DNA of 64,000 nt from assembly GCF_963921235.1 (NCBI RefSeq), contig NC_086109.1:19036001-19100000 (forward strand), given 5' to 3'. Every line of letters starts with the position of its first letter. Positions within the stretch are counted from its first letter, which is position 1. Source of the DNA: Mobula hypostoma (taxonomy: Eukaryota). The notes under the pieces are model-generated. The model ran no database searches and was not told the DNA's origin. It saw only the letters and a list, made by a program, of their open reading frames with translations. Of the stretch, positions 34,986 to 48,217 are shown in pieces. A program made the translations under genes and the position numbers.

Positions 34986-36211
34986 TAAACTGTTTAACGG
35001 CTCCTCTGACCCAATTACTATACAATTCTGGTTAAATTCCCGTTTGCTCTGTTTTCAGATCAACCATCAAAAACCCATATTAAGTGACTGAATCTCATCA
35101 AACATAACTCTTCAAAAATGCAAATATTTATATTAAATATACCAGTACTCTTCTTACCCACTGGCACACAGAATTCACAACAAATTCTAAAGACATTAAA
35201 TATACACCTCAACATTATTTCTAGAAATGGCATTCCCTGGGCAACCAATCATTTCTTAATTATTTTTGCTGAGAAATTTAGTCTTGGATCCACCTGATTA
35301 ATATATCTGGAGGCAAGATTTTTCTAAGGTAGTGGTTCCACAACTCTGCCACTTTTTCTTCAGGCGAAGTACAATCTGTGCTAATGCCTTATTGCATGTC
35401 ATATTATTTGTCCTTGAAAAATGACAGATGAAATTGTTTAATCACAAAGGACACGCACATTCACAAGGCATTATTAAAGTTAATTGTCCTTTCGTTAAAG
35501 TGTTGGGCTCTCCCAGTGTCACTCTCACCTAGGTCCTGACAGCCTTGCGGTATTGGTTAAATGTACGACACACACATCAAGCAACAGAGCGGCCCAGAAG
35601 TCAAGGTAACAGTGACCTTCATCTGCACAGAGAGAGCACCCTAATCACAGGAGCACGTATGGAGAGGTGCCTGCAGCAATTTATGGATGATAGCCTCTGA
35701 TCTGTTGGAATATCATAAACCTCAAGATACAGTTCTCAAGACCTGCTGCCTTTATATAGTGAGAGTTGGGAGTGAACGGTGTAGTTTCTTCTTCCCCTGC
35801 TGCTCAGAGTCTAATGGGAGTTATGGCTTGTCACTGGACACTTTATTCCAGCTCCCTGTGTATTACATCAATACAGAACACATGGAACAAAGAGGGAAGT
35901 TGAAGTCCAATGTCTGCAAGTGTGAGTCTACTGGATGTTTGAGGCTAAAGATGGACTGTCCTGGGGTTAGGGTACTGTGTATGTGCAGTGAGAGGGAGGG
36001 TGAAAAGGGGCTTTTTTTTTGCTTGTTGTTATTTTGTTCCTTGTTGTGTTCTGGTTTGTTCTGCCGAGCACTGTGGGTGTAATGTATTGTGTGAGTGTTC
36101 GTAGTGTCAGAGTGCGTATGAGGTCAGGACGTGGAGAAGTAAAAATGGAAGTCTGGTGAATAAACGTGTTTGTTCAATCTACAGCGGTGTCCGAGTCACA
36201 TCAATATTACA

Positions 36212-36223
36212 TGGTGTCAGAAG
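36212..36223 (+). promoter_or_regulatory. Primer-binding site, probably tRNA-Leu(CAA)
   Basis: TGGTGTCAGAAG directly after the 5' LTR, complementary to a ...CUUCUGACACCA tRNA 3' end. Confidence 0.75.
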
Positions 36224-36254
36224 AAATCGCGGAGAAAAAAAGGGAAGTGAAGAC

Positions 36255-37525
36255 ATGTAAAAGATTTCACAGTTACAGCCACCATCAGGTTTAAGCCTAC
36301 AAGGTAATCTTGCTGAAAACTGGAAAATACGGATCCAGAAGTTTGAGCTGTTTTGCACCGCTAACGGTGTAGCTTAAAAGACGGAGAAAGTGTAATGTGC
36401 TACGTTTCTGCATGTGGCGGAGGAAGAGGCAATAAAGGTTTGCAACACGTTTGTCTTCCAAGATGATGAGCAAGATAAAACTGAAGTGATGAAGAAAAAG
36501 TTTCAAGATTACTGCGAACCGAGAAAAAGTCTACCGTACATCTGAAACAGGTTTTTCACAAGGGCTCAAGGACCAATAGAGACCATAGACGCCTACGTAA
36601 CAGATTTGAAGAACAAGGCAAAAGACTGTGAGTTCCGACAACTGCATGATTCTTTAATACGTGACAGGATTGTATGCGGCATACGGGATGATCAAGTGAG
36701 AGGCAGGCTATTGAGAGAGGCGGATCTTACATTAGAACAGGCGATTGATGTTTGCCGTGCCAGCGAGATCATGTCAAGTCAGGTTAAAGTGCTCAATGAA
36801 GAGATTGAAGTGCACAAAATAAAAACTGTGAAAACTGACAAGCGTAGGACAAAGCCAGCTCCACAGGATGATCAAAAGGAAGTTAACTGCAACAGATGTG
36901 GTTATATACATGGATACAGAAAATGTCCAGCCTTTGGTCAGACATGCAAGTTATGCCAGAAAAGAAATCACTTTGACAAAGATGTGCAAATCGAAGGAGC
37001 ACGCAAGGAAAATGCATGCTGTGGAAGAGTGAGGGCAACAGTGACATGTTCATTGGCACAGTTGAAGTGGAACAGGAGGTATGCATCAAGAATATTAACA
37101 ATGCAGAGATGGAGGATGAAGATGATTGGACTCAAGATCTGATAATAAACAGGGGGAATGTGACATTTAAGCTTGACACTGGGGCAAAGTGCAATGTAAT
37201 GTCAGCAGAAACATTCAACTCACTGGACATCAGAGGAAGACTGAGAAAATCCACCTGCAAGCTTGTTGCATATTTCGGCCACAAGACGGCACCACTGGGC
37301 AAAAAAGCACTCACCAAAAAAGCATACCTCCTGTTCCACTTCAACTGTGCCAATGAACATGTCACTGTTGCCCTCACTCTGTTCCACAGCATCCATTTTC
37401 CTTGCGTGCTCCTTCGATTTGCACATCTTTGTCAAAAATACAAGATTGAGTTTGAAATAGTACAGCAACATGTTCCAGCAATACTGGGCAAAGCAACATG
37501 CACAAAGCTAGGCCTGGTGAAGTGA
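36255..37525 (+). pseudogene. Gypsy gag (two zinc knuckles) and aspartic protease, disrupted
   Basis: GNLAENWK, LIRDRIVCGI, CNRCGYIH..KCPAFGQTCKLCQKRNH, FKLDTGAKCNV; stops, frameshifts and an inverted insertion. Confidence 0.9.
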
Positions 37526-37573
37526 ATCTATGGTGTTGAAAAAGAAAATGACTTTCTCAAAGACTTTGATGAC

Positions 37574-38297
37574 TTGTTTTCTGGATTAGGATGTTTACCA
37601 GGGAAACACCATATCCAGATTGATCCAACTATTGCACCAGTCGTGCATGCCCCCAGAAAGATTCCAGTAGCTCTCAGCGATCAAGTAGCGGAGGAGCTAC
37701 ATAGAATGGAACAGATGGGAGTCATAACAAGACAAATAGAACTGACCGACTGGGTGAATAGTATGTTGACAGTGGTCACAGAAAAAAAGACGAGGATTTG
37801 CATGGATCCACAAGATCTCAACCAAGCCATCAAAAGAGAGCACTATCCGCTGCTCACGGTTGAAGAGGTTGTCTCCCGCATGCCTAACGCAAAATACTTT
37901 TCAGTATTAGACGCAAATCAAGGTTTCTGGTCGATCAAGTTGGATGAAGAAAGTTCCAAATTATGTACTTTCAACACGCCCATAGGAAGATATCGTTTCC
38001 TGCGTCTACCCTTTGGGATTTCTTCTGCATCAGAGGTATTCCAGAGATCCGTGGCACAAATGATTGAGGGCCTGGACGGGGTGGTCAACATTATTGATGA
38101 TTTGCTGATATGGGCTGACACAATTGAGGAACATGATCGGAGACTGAGGAAGCTCCTGGAGAGAGCACGTGAGTACAAAGTAAAACTGAACAAAAGTAAA
38201 TGTAAGATCAGAACTAGAGATCAAATACATAGGTCATGTACTCAGTGCTGATGGGCTAAAACCAGATGAAAAGGTCAGAACTGTGGTACAGCTACCA
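37574..38297 (+). pseudogene. Gypsy reverse transcriptase
   Basis: RICMDPQDLN, FSVLDANQGFW, RLPFGISSASEVFQ, IIDDLLIW. Confidence 0.95.
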
Positions 38298-39220
38298 CTA
38301 CCAGGAAGACCATGGGAGAAGATTGGCACAGATCTCTTTCACTACAATGGTGCAGAATATCTGCTTTGTGTGGACTACTATTCAAAATACCCGGAGATCG
38401 CCAAGTTAAGTCCAGTCGAGGTGTCATTACCGCAATGAAGCCGACATTCGCAAGACAGGGTATTCCAGATATTGTCGTTAGTGACGATGGTCCACAATGT
38501 GCCAGTGGTGAGTTCAGAGGGTTCTCAGAAAGCTGGGAATTTCAGCATGTTACTTCCAGTCCAGGGCACGCTCAGTCTAATGAACAAGCAGAGAGAACTG
38601 TACAAACTGTCAAGAACATGCTCCAGAAGGCACAAAGCAGCAATGGTGACCCTTACATTGCTCTGCTTGAATACCGCAACACACCGATTGAGGGTGTGGG
38701 GTTCTCTCCTGCGCAGCTGTTGATGGGACGTCGTCTGAAGTCCAAACTGCCAACATCCACAACTCTACTGACTCCTGAAGGTAATGCTCATGTACATGAC
38801 AAGCAAGGGTACAAGCAAATAAAGCAAAAGAGCTACTATGACAGACATACAAGACAGTTGCCAGATCTGCAAACAGGTGAAAATGTCAGAATACAGAGAG
38901 GGGACACCTGGCAACCAGCTGTGGTTGTGAACAGACATCAGCAACCAAGATCCTTCATAGTTCGCATGCCGGATGGAAGAGTCTACAGGAGGAACAGGAA
39001 GCATCTGCTGAAGACAGGCGAGAGGGAGTTTCCACGTACAGATGCACAGGACATTTCCACATATACAGACATGGAATCAAACGACACCAAGAGTGATGCT
39101 GACCACAGAGACACAGAGGTCACTCTAGAGACTGACACTGGTGAAGGACAAGCACAGTCACAGTTGTATCGCACACGGTCTGGGAGACAAGTCAAACTTC
39201 CGGCTAGATACAGAGACTAG
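38298..39220 (+). pseudogene. Gypsy integrase core and C-terminus (zinc finger deleted)
   Basis: PWEKIGTDLF, VDYYSK, VSDDGPQ, HAQSNEQAERTV, YRNTP, SPAQLLMGR, PRSFIV. Confidence 0.92.
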
Positions 39221-39468
39221 ACATACATACAGTCTCACACAGTTTGAGGCAAAGTCACACATGTTATAAGTTCCAAGGTGTGGAATAAAAGGTTTATTAG
39301 TCTATGTTAGTAAAAGAAAATACACTGCTGTTAGTATTGTAAGATACAATGCAGAATACAGTACAAGGTAAGATTTTTTTTAGTTTATGTCATGGTTGTT
39401 GCGCTGTAAGAAGGGCAAACCTAGAGGCATTGTTTTAGTAATTCACAGTGTTGTAAAAAAAAAACCTT

Positions 39469-39478
39469 GAGAAGGGGG
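39469..39478 (+). promoter_or_regulatory. Polypurine tract
   Basis: GAGAAGGGGG immediately before the 3' LTR. Confidence 0.85.
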
Positions 39479-40608
39479 TGTAATGTATTGTGTGAGTATT
39501 CGTAGCGTCAGAGTGCGTATGATGTCAGGACGTGGAGAAGTGAAAATGGAAGTCTGGAGAATAAACGTGGGTTGTTCAATCTACAGCAGTGTCCGAGTCA
39601 CATCAATATTACAGTGGGCAGCTACGTTAGTGCCGGAATATGCACCTAAACGTGCAGGCTGCCCCCCCAAAATATCCTCAGGTACTGCATGTTATTTGTT
39701 AACACAAATGATGCATTTCACTGTAAACTTGACCCACATGTGATAAATAAATTTGAATCTTGAAATGAAATGGAAGGTTTCCTTGTTCGACAACAGATTT
39801 TTTTGGAACAGATTCCGTTCTGTGGCCCCTAAAGACACCCCAAGAGAGAAACAACTTTAATTTACCAACAACTGTAAAAGTAGCTGCCCCTTTGAACCAC
39901 ACAAGCGCTGTTGCAAGCTGGTCCCCTGTGAGTGGCCAACACATTGTCCATTGAGATAGAGCATTGCACAGCATGCCATGCATGCACAATCCACCAGCAG
40001 CCTCTGTGCTGCATACACAGAGGAATTTTGCATGCTGTCTGAAGGATGTGATTTTGGCACAGTTGTAGACTTGAAAAGACTTTCAACAGTATAGTGCCAC
40101 AAAATCCCATTGGTATGTCTTCGAATATTAATCTCTTTTGTTTAAAAAGAAACTAAGATCTTAGACAGACAGACAGAGTTGATAAATAGGATTTAGCACT
40201 GATGTGTGTTTAATAAGTTACCCTTGTTAATTCTTAATGCAACACATAAGATGTTGTCTTTTGAACATCACATTTCCTTGAAAGCTCAACTCAAATCTAA
40301 GTACAGATGGAAATGTTCAGGCACTTGTGATTTGACCGCAGGCCACCCTTGCTGAAAAACAACCAGCAATTATTTTTGAATTGGGTCATTGACTGCGGCA
40401 CCATCAAGTTGTGGCTAATGTGTGATTTGAACTGCAAGTGATTCAGTGGTATTTCTTCTAGCATGTGCAAAATTGAAGGCATTAACATTGGCCAGATGTG
40501 CTATGCTGTGTGCATTGTCTAGTACAAATTGTGTTTTCCATTTTTATTAAATACTTCCAAACAGTTTTCTCTGGAATCTCAACAGCATTATTTTTTGTAA
40601 CAGAGATA

Positions 40609-43600
40609 CACTCAGTAGGCACTTCATTTGATACCTTCTGTATCTAATAAAGTGGCTTCTGAAAGTATGTCCATTGGCTTCTGCTGCTGTAGCCCATACA
40701 CGTTGTGTATTCAGCTTTGCTCTTTGGTACATCACTGTTGTAGCATGAGGTTGCTTGAATTACTGCCACAACCACAGGCTCTGCCATGGGCTCTGGGTGC
40801 TCTTACAGGTGGGCTATGGAATGGGATTGGCAATCATACATGTGAGTACAAATGTTCCAGCCAAATACTGTTTCATTTAACTCCCTTCCTCTCGTTTCAG
40901 TCTTGTCAATGCTTGACCAAAAACCACAGCCATACTAATGCTCCCTGCTCACCTTTGTCCTTGCTCTAGGAAAGCAGACTACCATTTAGATTGACGCTGT
41001 AAAGAAGCAGTATTTATTTAGTGTTAAGTTACTGTTTCCCAGCCACAGTGTCAGTGTTGGTTTTCAGTGTGAGTGTCCACTTAATGGCCCTGTTGGCCTA
41101 GTGTTTGTTGCTTTTCCTTTAATTCTGCACTGTCCTTATTAAAAGTCAGTGAACTGTTCGTCCACCTCAGTGTCTCTGTCTCTCTGAACTTGGGGCATTG
41201 CCGCACAAGCTTGTCAGCAAGACTTGACCACAAAGAAAATGGACCCAGCAGAGAAAGAGCAGCTGACCATGACCCTGATATTTGTTGGTCAGATAGGAGA
41301 GAAGTTACAGTCAATGGAGGCTGTGATGGCAGAGGTGGCTTACACAATGTGACAGCTACTCGCAGAACAACAAACCCAGCCCAAAACAAGGACTGTAGAG
41401 GAGGAGCTAACATCAGTAGAGTCAGAGTTGGCCGAAGTGTCTCACACAATGCGTTTGCTACCTTTAGAGCGGCAAGCCCAGTCCAAGCAGGAAGAACAGG
41501 TATTAGCCTTCACAGTGACAGCTCAGCAACTCACCACAGACAGCCAGAATCCGGCGGCAACCATTACTGCTCTTGTGGCTGCAGTTCAGCAGCGTATTAC
41601 TAACCCCCAGAATCAGAGGGCAGCCACTTCTACTCTCATAAACTCAGTTCAGCAGCTTTCATTCAGGACAATCCCATTCCATGCATTTCCCACATCCTCC
41701 TCTTTTACAGTCTCATCAACCTCAACCACTAAAACTCCGACTCCTGGGACCGCACCAGAATATAGTATTCCTCCGCCACGCAGATAATCTGGAGACCACA
41801 ATGGCTGTAGGGATTTTATTACTCTGTGTGAACTGACTTTACAAGCCCAACCAGTTTGGTTTGGTGATGATGTGTGCAAACTATCTTACACAGTGAATCT
41901 CTGAGACAGACCCCTACTCAACCTGTTCAACACTCTACAGGAACAAAGTTCACCCACAGCCCAGTGATTTCAGCAATTGGTAGTCAAGGTCAAGAAGAGT
42001 TTTTGATCTTCCAGTATGGGGTCAGGAGGCTGCCCATTGACTCTGGACCTGTTCCAAGGGAAAGGGACAATGAGGGACTATGCAGTAAAGATCCACACAC
42101 TTTGCAGTTGAGTCAGGCTGGAACGTAATATCCCTCATCACTGCCTTCTATCGCAGGATAAGCGCAGAGGTCGTTGCACACAATCGCAGTGCATGATGAC
42201 CAGGACAGCCTGGATGACCTGATACATCTGGCTGTTCAAATCGACAGATAGAAAACAGATTGGTGTAGAGAAAGAATGCCCTGAGCTTCCTATTCCTAAG
42301 GTAACTGTCTGTCTTCACCCTTTCCACATTACCCAGTACACAGTTCATGGAGGAGGCTTTGCAGGTGGGGAACTTGCACCTATCTCAGGAGGAACAATTT
42401 TGGGTGGAGGAGAACAGGTCCCTGCTCTGCTGTAGCGATCCAGGACACTTCTGAGCATCATGTCCCAAGCACCCAGTGAAAGAGAATATCCATGATTAGG
42501 TGGGGGATTTCTGATGGGTCAATTCTCCCTGCAAGTTTTTTCCTTAATCGTGTAATGCTCCCAGTTTCCTTGTCATGGGAGTCTAAGAGGCATGAGTCTC
42601 ACAAATTTATTGACTCCAGGGCAGTTAGGGACCTCATGGATATCTCTCTAGCTCAAAGATGGAGCAATTGCGAGAGAATATCAATATCAAGGCTTTGGAA
42701 GGTCATCAGCAAGATCCACCTTTCCACAGAACCCCTCCAACTTGTGCTAGAAGGCAGCCATAGGGGACAGCTTTCCTTCTGTCTCGTTGATTCACCTGGT
42801 GGTTGGCCTTCCCTGGCTATGTCGAGACAATACATGGAACAATTGGTCCCTAAAGTTCCTCCAAGAATGGGAAGCAGCATGCCTGTCTACCTGCCTGGAT
42901 CTAGTTCAATCTCCTGTCAGCATATCTCCTCCTGTGTCAACTGCTAGTGTAGACCTATCTGGCTTCTGGCTGAATATAGTGACCTTCTTTAGGTCTTCAG
43001 TAAGAAAAAGGCCACCTTCCTGCCTCCAGACCAGCCATTAACTTCTTACCCTGAACTAGTCCTCCCCGGGGCTGGGTCTTTTCCCTCTCTAATCTGGAAA
43101 TGTTGGCTATGAAAAGGAGGCATTGGCCTTAGGATTTATTTGTCCATCAACTTCACCATCAGGGGTAGGATTCTTTTTTGTGAGCAAGGAGGATAGCAAG
43201 TTCCATTCCTGCATTGATTATCAACTCTTCCAGAACATTATGGTGAAGGAGGACTATCCTCTTCCCCTACTTGCCTCTGCATTTGAACATCTCAAAGGAT
43301 CAACCATATTTTCCAAGATAGATCTGCGCAATACTTGCGACTTGGTTCATCTCTGAGAAAGGGACAAGTGGAAGACAGCATTCAGCACCTCCAATGGCCA
43401 CATGATGCCTGTTGGTCTGGCCATTGCCCCTGCAGTTTTTTAGGCCCTGGTCAACGATATACTCCAGGACATCTGGAATCAATTTGTTTTTAGTATTTGG
43501 ATGACATTCTTATCTACTCCCACTCTCACCATGGGCATGACCAGCATGTCTGGAGGGTTCTCAGACAACTCCTCAAGAGCAATATGCTAAGCCAGAGAAG

Positions 43601-46128
43601 TGCAACTTCCACAAAGAGCAGGTATCGTCCTTGGGCTATATACTCACCACTTCCAGTTTTCAAATGGACCCATGTAAAGCTCAGACAGTCATAGAGTGGC
43701 CCAAACTATCTGCAGTCAAATAAGTGAGGTGCTTCATAAAGTTTGCAAACTTTTATTGCCACTTCATCAGAAACTTCAGTTCCATCATGGCCCCCATAAA
43801 TGCTCTCACCTAGAAGACCTCTGCAAGATTTCTACGGACAAGTGGAGCAGACCAAGTATTCTCAGAACAAAAGTAATCCTTCAGCACTGACCTGGTGCTA
43901 CAACATCCAGACCCATCCTGTCCATTTATCATAGAAGTGTTGGCATTGGAGCTATACTGTCCTGTGGATAATCAGCTGCATCACTCTGCCTTTCTTTCCT
44001 GCTGAGTGTAACTATGATGCTGGGAGCTACAAACTTCCAGCCATCAAGGAGACTCTGGAAGCATGGCAACACTGGTTGGAGGAGGCAGAGTACCCCTTTC
44101 TGATATTGACAGATCAAAAGAGCCTCTCCAATATTAGGGATGCCAAGGGACTCAATCTCTGTCAAGCCTGTTGGGCTCTCTTCTTCACCCAGTTTAATTT
44201 CACCCTCCACTACCATCCTGACAGCAAGAAAACTGAAGCTGATGCTCCCTCCCACCAGTTTTATCATCTCTGAGGACAACACCCATCCTTCCTCACTCAT
44301 GCATTGATGCTCCAGTGATTTGGAGGTTAGAGGCAGAGGCAAAGGTAAAGAATGACCAACAGTCAGATCCAGGCCCAGGTGGGGACCTCCCAACCGGATG
44401 GTTGTCCCTGCGACTATGCACCCCAGAGTGCAGGAGTGGGGTCATTTTTCCAGTCCGGTTGACCATCTAGGGTTTCAATGGACCCTAAAGTTCATGAAGA
44501 GATGATTTTGGAAACTATGTCCCAGGATATCCATGACTTTGTCTCTGCCTGTCCCACTTGGGTCCAGAAGAAGACATCGTGTCAGCATCATGCTGCTCTG
44601 CCCACTGCCTTTGCCTCATCACTCTGGTCCCACGTATTTGCGGGTTTCATCACTGGTCTGCCACCGTCAGATGGAAACACCACCATTCAGGAGGTTGTGG
44701 ACCAGTTCTCCAATGCTCCCCACTTAATTGCTCTCCCCAAGATCTCATCAGGTCGTGAGACTGTGGGAGTTCCTTCTGCTGAACAGTTGGTCAGTGCTAC
44801 AAGAGCACGTGGAGACAAGCCAGGGCTTCTCTGCTGTTCTCAGAAACAATAGGCCTGATAGACTGATTAGCTCTGCTGACAGCTGAGGCCTCAACCAGTG
44901 AAGGAACTCTAACTGGCATCTAGAGATCTTTCTTTGAAACTCAAGTTGCCCAATATTTGACCCCACGCTATGTGTGACAAGTCGTAGTGGAGAATGTAGA
45001 TTGAGACTACCAGCATCAATGAAGAGTCATTCAGTATTTCATGTTTCCCAGCTCAAGCAGGTTACTACTTCCTCCCTGGTTCCAGTCATTCCCTCCCCCA
45101 CTCTCCTCCTTCATGGATGGTTCCCTGGTCTATTCTGTGCAGTGCCTGTTGGCATCTCAGGGCCCAGTTTGTTGTGGATTGAGAGGGGGTTTGCCTTGAG
45201 GAATGTTCTTGGGTTCTGTCTCAAGATATCCTGGACAAATCTTTCATCTGGGAAGTTCAGTGGGCACAGGTCTCTGGCACCTTGGGAGCTGCACCTAGGG
45301 AGGGCCACCCCGTCACAAACACAGACTCTGCCGTGGGAACTGGGCACCCTTGCAGACAGGCTACAGAATGGGATCAGTACTCAGGCTCACGATCACGCTT
45401 GTTCCAGCCAATTTGTGTTTCATTGTGGTGGTATTAAACTTCCTTCCTCTTGTTTCAGTCTTGTTGAGTCTTGATCAAAAGCACAGCAATGTTAATGCAC
45501 CCTGCTTAGCTTCGTCCATGTTCCAAGAAAGAAGACTACCATTTAGATTGACGCTGTAAAGGAGTGGTATTTATTTAGTGTTAAGTTACTGCTTCTGATC
45601 CACAGTGTTGAAATTAGGATTCAGTTTGAGTGTTTTTGTTAATGGTCCTGTTGGCCTAGCATTTATTAGTTTTCTTTTAATTCTGTGCAGTTCTTATTAA
45701 AAGTCAGTGAACAGTGTCTCTTCCTTTGCCTTTGGGCTAGCACCTCAGCTTGAACTAGTCTGGCCATTCTCCTCTGATCTCTCTCATTAAGAAGGCACTT
45801 TCACCCACTGAGCTGTCACTCACTGGATAGTTGTTGAGTCTTGCACTATTCTCCACAAACTCTAGTGACTGTTGTATGTGAAAATCCCAGGAGACCAGCA
45901 GTTTCCGAGATACTCAAACCCCCGGTCCGGCACCAGCAACCATTCCACGGTCAAAGCCACTTAGATCACATTTCTTTCCCATTCTGATATTTGGTTTGAA
46001 CAACAACTGAACCTCATGACCACGTCTGAATGCTTTTATGCATTGAGATGCTGACACATGATTGGCTAATTAGATATTTGTATTAACGTACAAGTATACA
46101 GGTGTACCTAATCAAGTGATACTGAGTG
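40609..46128 (-). mobile_element. Tc1/mariner non-autonomous element, copy 2, split by a Gypsy (40609-40763 and ~45746-46128)
   Basis: TA|cactcagt...actgagtg|TA termini; both parts are reverse complements of 8733-9304. Confidence 0.85.
40764..45745 (+). mobile_element. Decayed sushi/chromovirus-type Gypsy provirus
   Basis: LTRs ~40764-41216 and ~45311-45745 (diverged); gag SGDHNGCRDFI, knuckle CSDPGH..SCP, PR FIDSRA, RT STSPSGVGFFFVSK..CIDY..YPLP and YLDDILIYS, RNase H ILTDQKSL, IN FITGLPPSDG..VVDQFS, HSVFHVSQLK. Confidence 0.92.
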
Positions 46129-47139
46129 TACACGTCACTATTTACTGGGCACTAGATTTGTTCATATGACAAGAAATTTGTTATATTGGTGCCAGAATAT
46201 TGATGACACTTGTGGGCTATTCCCAGCATATCTTTAGGTTGTGCTGGTTGTTTACACAAGAAATACATTTCATGATGCATACTGTATGGATCAATGTAAA
46301 GTGATAAATAAATGAATCTGAATCTGGAACCAAATTCACAGTTTTGCATGCTCAAATTGCGGGGTTGAATGCAATCTCGACAATTTCATGTAGAGATTCT
46401 CTCCATCACAAATAGGACTGCACACTTCCAGACACAGCTAAAGATTTTCTGTCACATGTACCATGTGTGATACTCATACCTGCCCTTCAGGCAGCAATTC
46501 AAGCAATAATGTGCCACCCACGTTTAAGATCTTTGTGCAAATTGAGGAGAAAGGCCAAGAGGAGTTCAGCATGAGGATAGGAGCTTTAGGCTGCCTCTAT
46601 TGATAACTGTGTGCAGCTGACTGCACTTGCTTGGCAGATCTTTCATTTCACACACCACTGTTGGGTCCTACTGCTTGGTCACTGTCTTCTGCTCAGATCC
46701 AAGGTTGGTCTGCAGACTGATTAGTATCTGCAAACAGTCTGAGCTGGCCCTGGGTGCCCCGAGTGAAATTGAAGATGAGCAAGGCCATGCTCCTTGACAA
46801 CAGACCTGACCAATCCTCCGCCCCCTTCTGACCACCTGAAGGTGCTGCAGATCTGACCTGAAGGCCTGGAGTGGACAGCCAATGGTAAGCAAACACTGGG
46901 ACAATAGAGTGGTTCTCCCTCTCTACTGTGAGCAAGAAGACAATCACCAGGCGCAAGGTGCTCCCTGTTTTCCTGTACAGAGTGTAGGTGCAGCCCATAC
47001 CTGCTCAGCCACTGAGCTATCTTTCATTCCATCTTGCAGCTGAAGGTGGAATGCACCCTTTAGGCCATAATGGGCACTCCCGAACAACAGGGGGAAGTGT
47101 GTACCCAAAATCACTCATATCTATCTTTGTGTCTGGCTG

Positions 47140-47870
47140 CTTCAAAGGTATATTTAATGTCAGAAAAATGTATACAATATACATCCTGAAATTCTTTTTC
47201 TTTGCAACCATCCATTAAAACAGAGGAGTGCCCCAAAGAATAAATGACAGTTAAATATTAGATCCCCAAAACCCCCTCCAGCTCCCCCCCATGCATAAGG
47301 AACCGCAAAATAACAATCCCCCTCCCCCACCAGCAAAAAAAGCATCAGCACCCTCCGCTGAGCACTCAAGCATGCAGCAAAGCAAGAATAAAGACACAGA
47401 CTTGCAGTACCCCAAAGACTACTCGTTCACCCGGTATTCGATATACCACAGGCTCTCCCTCTCCTTAATAAGCGTAAAAGAGGCGTCTCCGTTTCACAGC
47501 GAGAGGAGAGACATAACAAACAACTCGCTGATTTATGATGTTAAAAGTCCATTGTGTTGCTTTTTTCAAGCTCTGTGCCCAAAGAACTCGGGTCCCTGGA
47601 CACACAGCGAGCAGCCAGCTTTCTGCTTTCAATATTCTGTCTCCCACGACACATTGATTTCCTGCAGAGGCACCGACCTCAAGTCCGCCCACCTCCAGAG
47701 CCAGGAAATCCCAGAACCCTGAAGGTGTGCTAGTCTTCTGGGCCGCATCCTTGGCATAATCGAATAGTGGACAGTCGTGAGACCCCGAGAGCAGGTCGCA
47801 TTCCTGCAAAGAACCGAAGTCAGTATGTAACTCCAGGTCAGGGTCTTCAAAAGAACCATGAAAGGGAAAA
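47140..47870 (-). mobile_element. Non-autonomous non-LTR element
   Basis: Minus-strand tail aagaatttcaggatgtatattgtatacatttttctgacattaaata, of the same type as 34180 and 48216. Confidence 0.55.
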
Positions 47871-47879
47871 ATAGAGACA

Positions 47880-48217
47880 AGCTGAACTTCAAACTGAAAT
47901 GTGCAAGCATCAAGTGACATTATGTCTCGTGGTTTTACCTGCTACAAAGGATGGTCTTGGCTCATGGCCATACAATGCTTCATTCATCTAGATCTTGCCA
48001 TACTCCCTGTCTTTCGTGGGAAAGGTTATTTTGGGGAAAACGGTTTCTTTCGGCTGTGGTCAGTAAGGAGCATCCTGCAGGCTCCGTGGGAGAAGGACAT
48101 GGCGGATCCTGTGGAATGGTTTTGCCCAGCAGACGATCAAACCATTTGACAGAATGTCTCAGTGCCAGAGCTTGCCAACAAGCACCAAGACTTTCACCTG
48201 GCTGGCAGTGAGAGGGC
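47880..48217 (+). mobile_element. L1/Tx1-clade ORF2 C-terminal fragment
   Basis: EKDMADPVEWF...TI*QNVSVPELANKHQD..WLAVRG resembles the pre-zinc-knuckle region of Tx1 ORF2. Confidence 0.6.

Larger units (their letters stand above)
36078..39613 (+). mobile_element. Gypsy/Ty3 LTR retrotransposon, internally deleted provirus
   Basis: LTRs 36078-36211 and 39479-39613 (TG...CA; 7 substitutions and 1 indel by eye); TSD GTGGG (36073-36077, 39614-39618); order gag-PR-RT-IN. Confidence 0.97.

Noticed and set aside
38312..39220. 302-aa ORF as a domesticated integrase gene
   Set aside because: Its N-terminus is out of frame with the first catalytic Asp, and it lies in a decayed provirus with LTRs and TSD
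46698..46884. Plus-strand exon-like segment (ctcAG...ATG|GTaagc)
   Set aside because: All three frames contain stops; it may be a non-coding exon but cannot be supported as CDS
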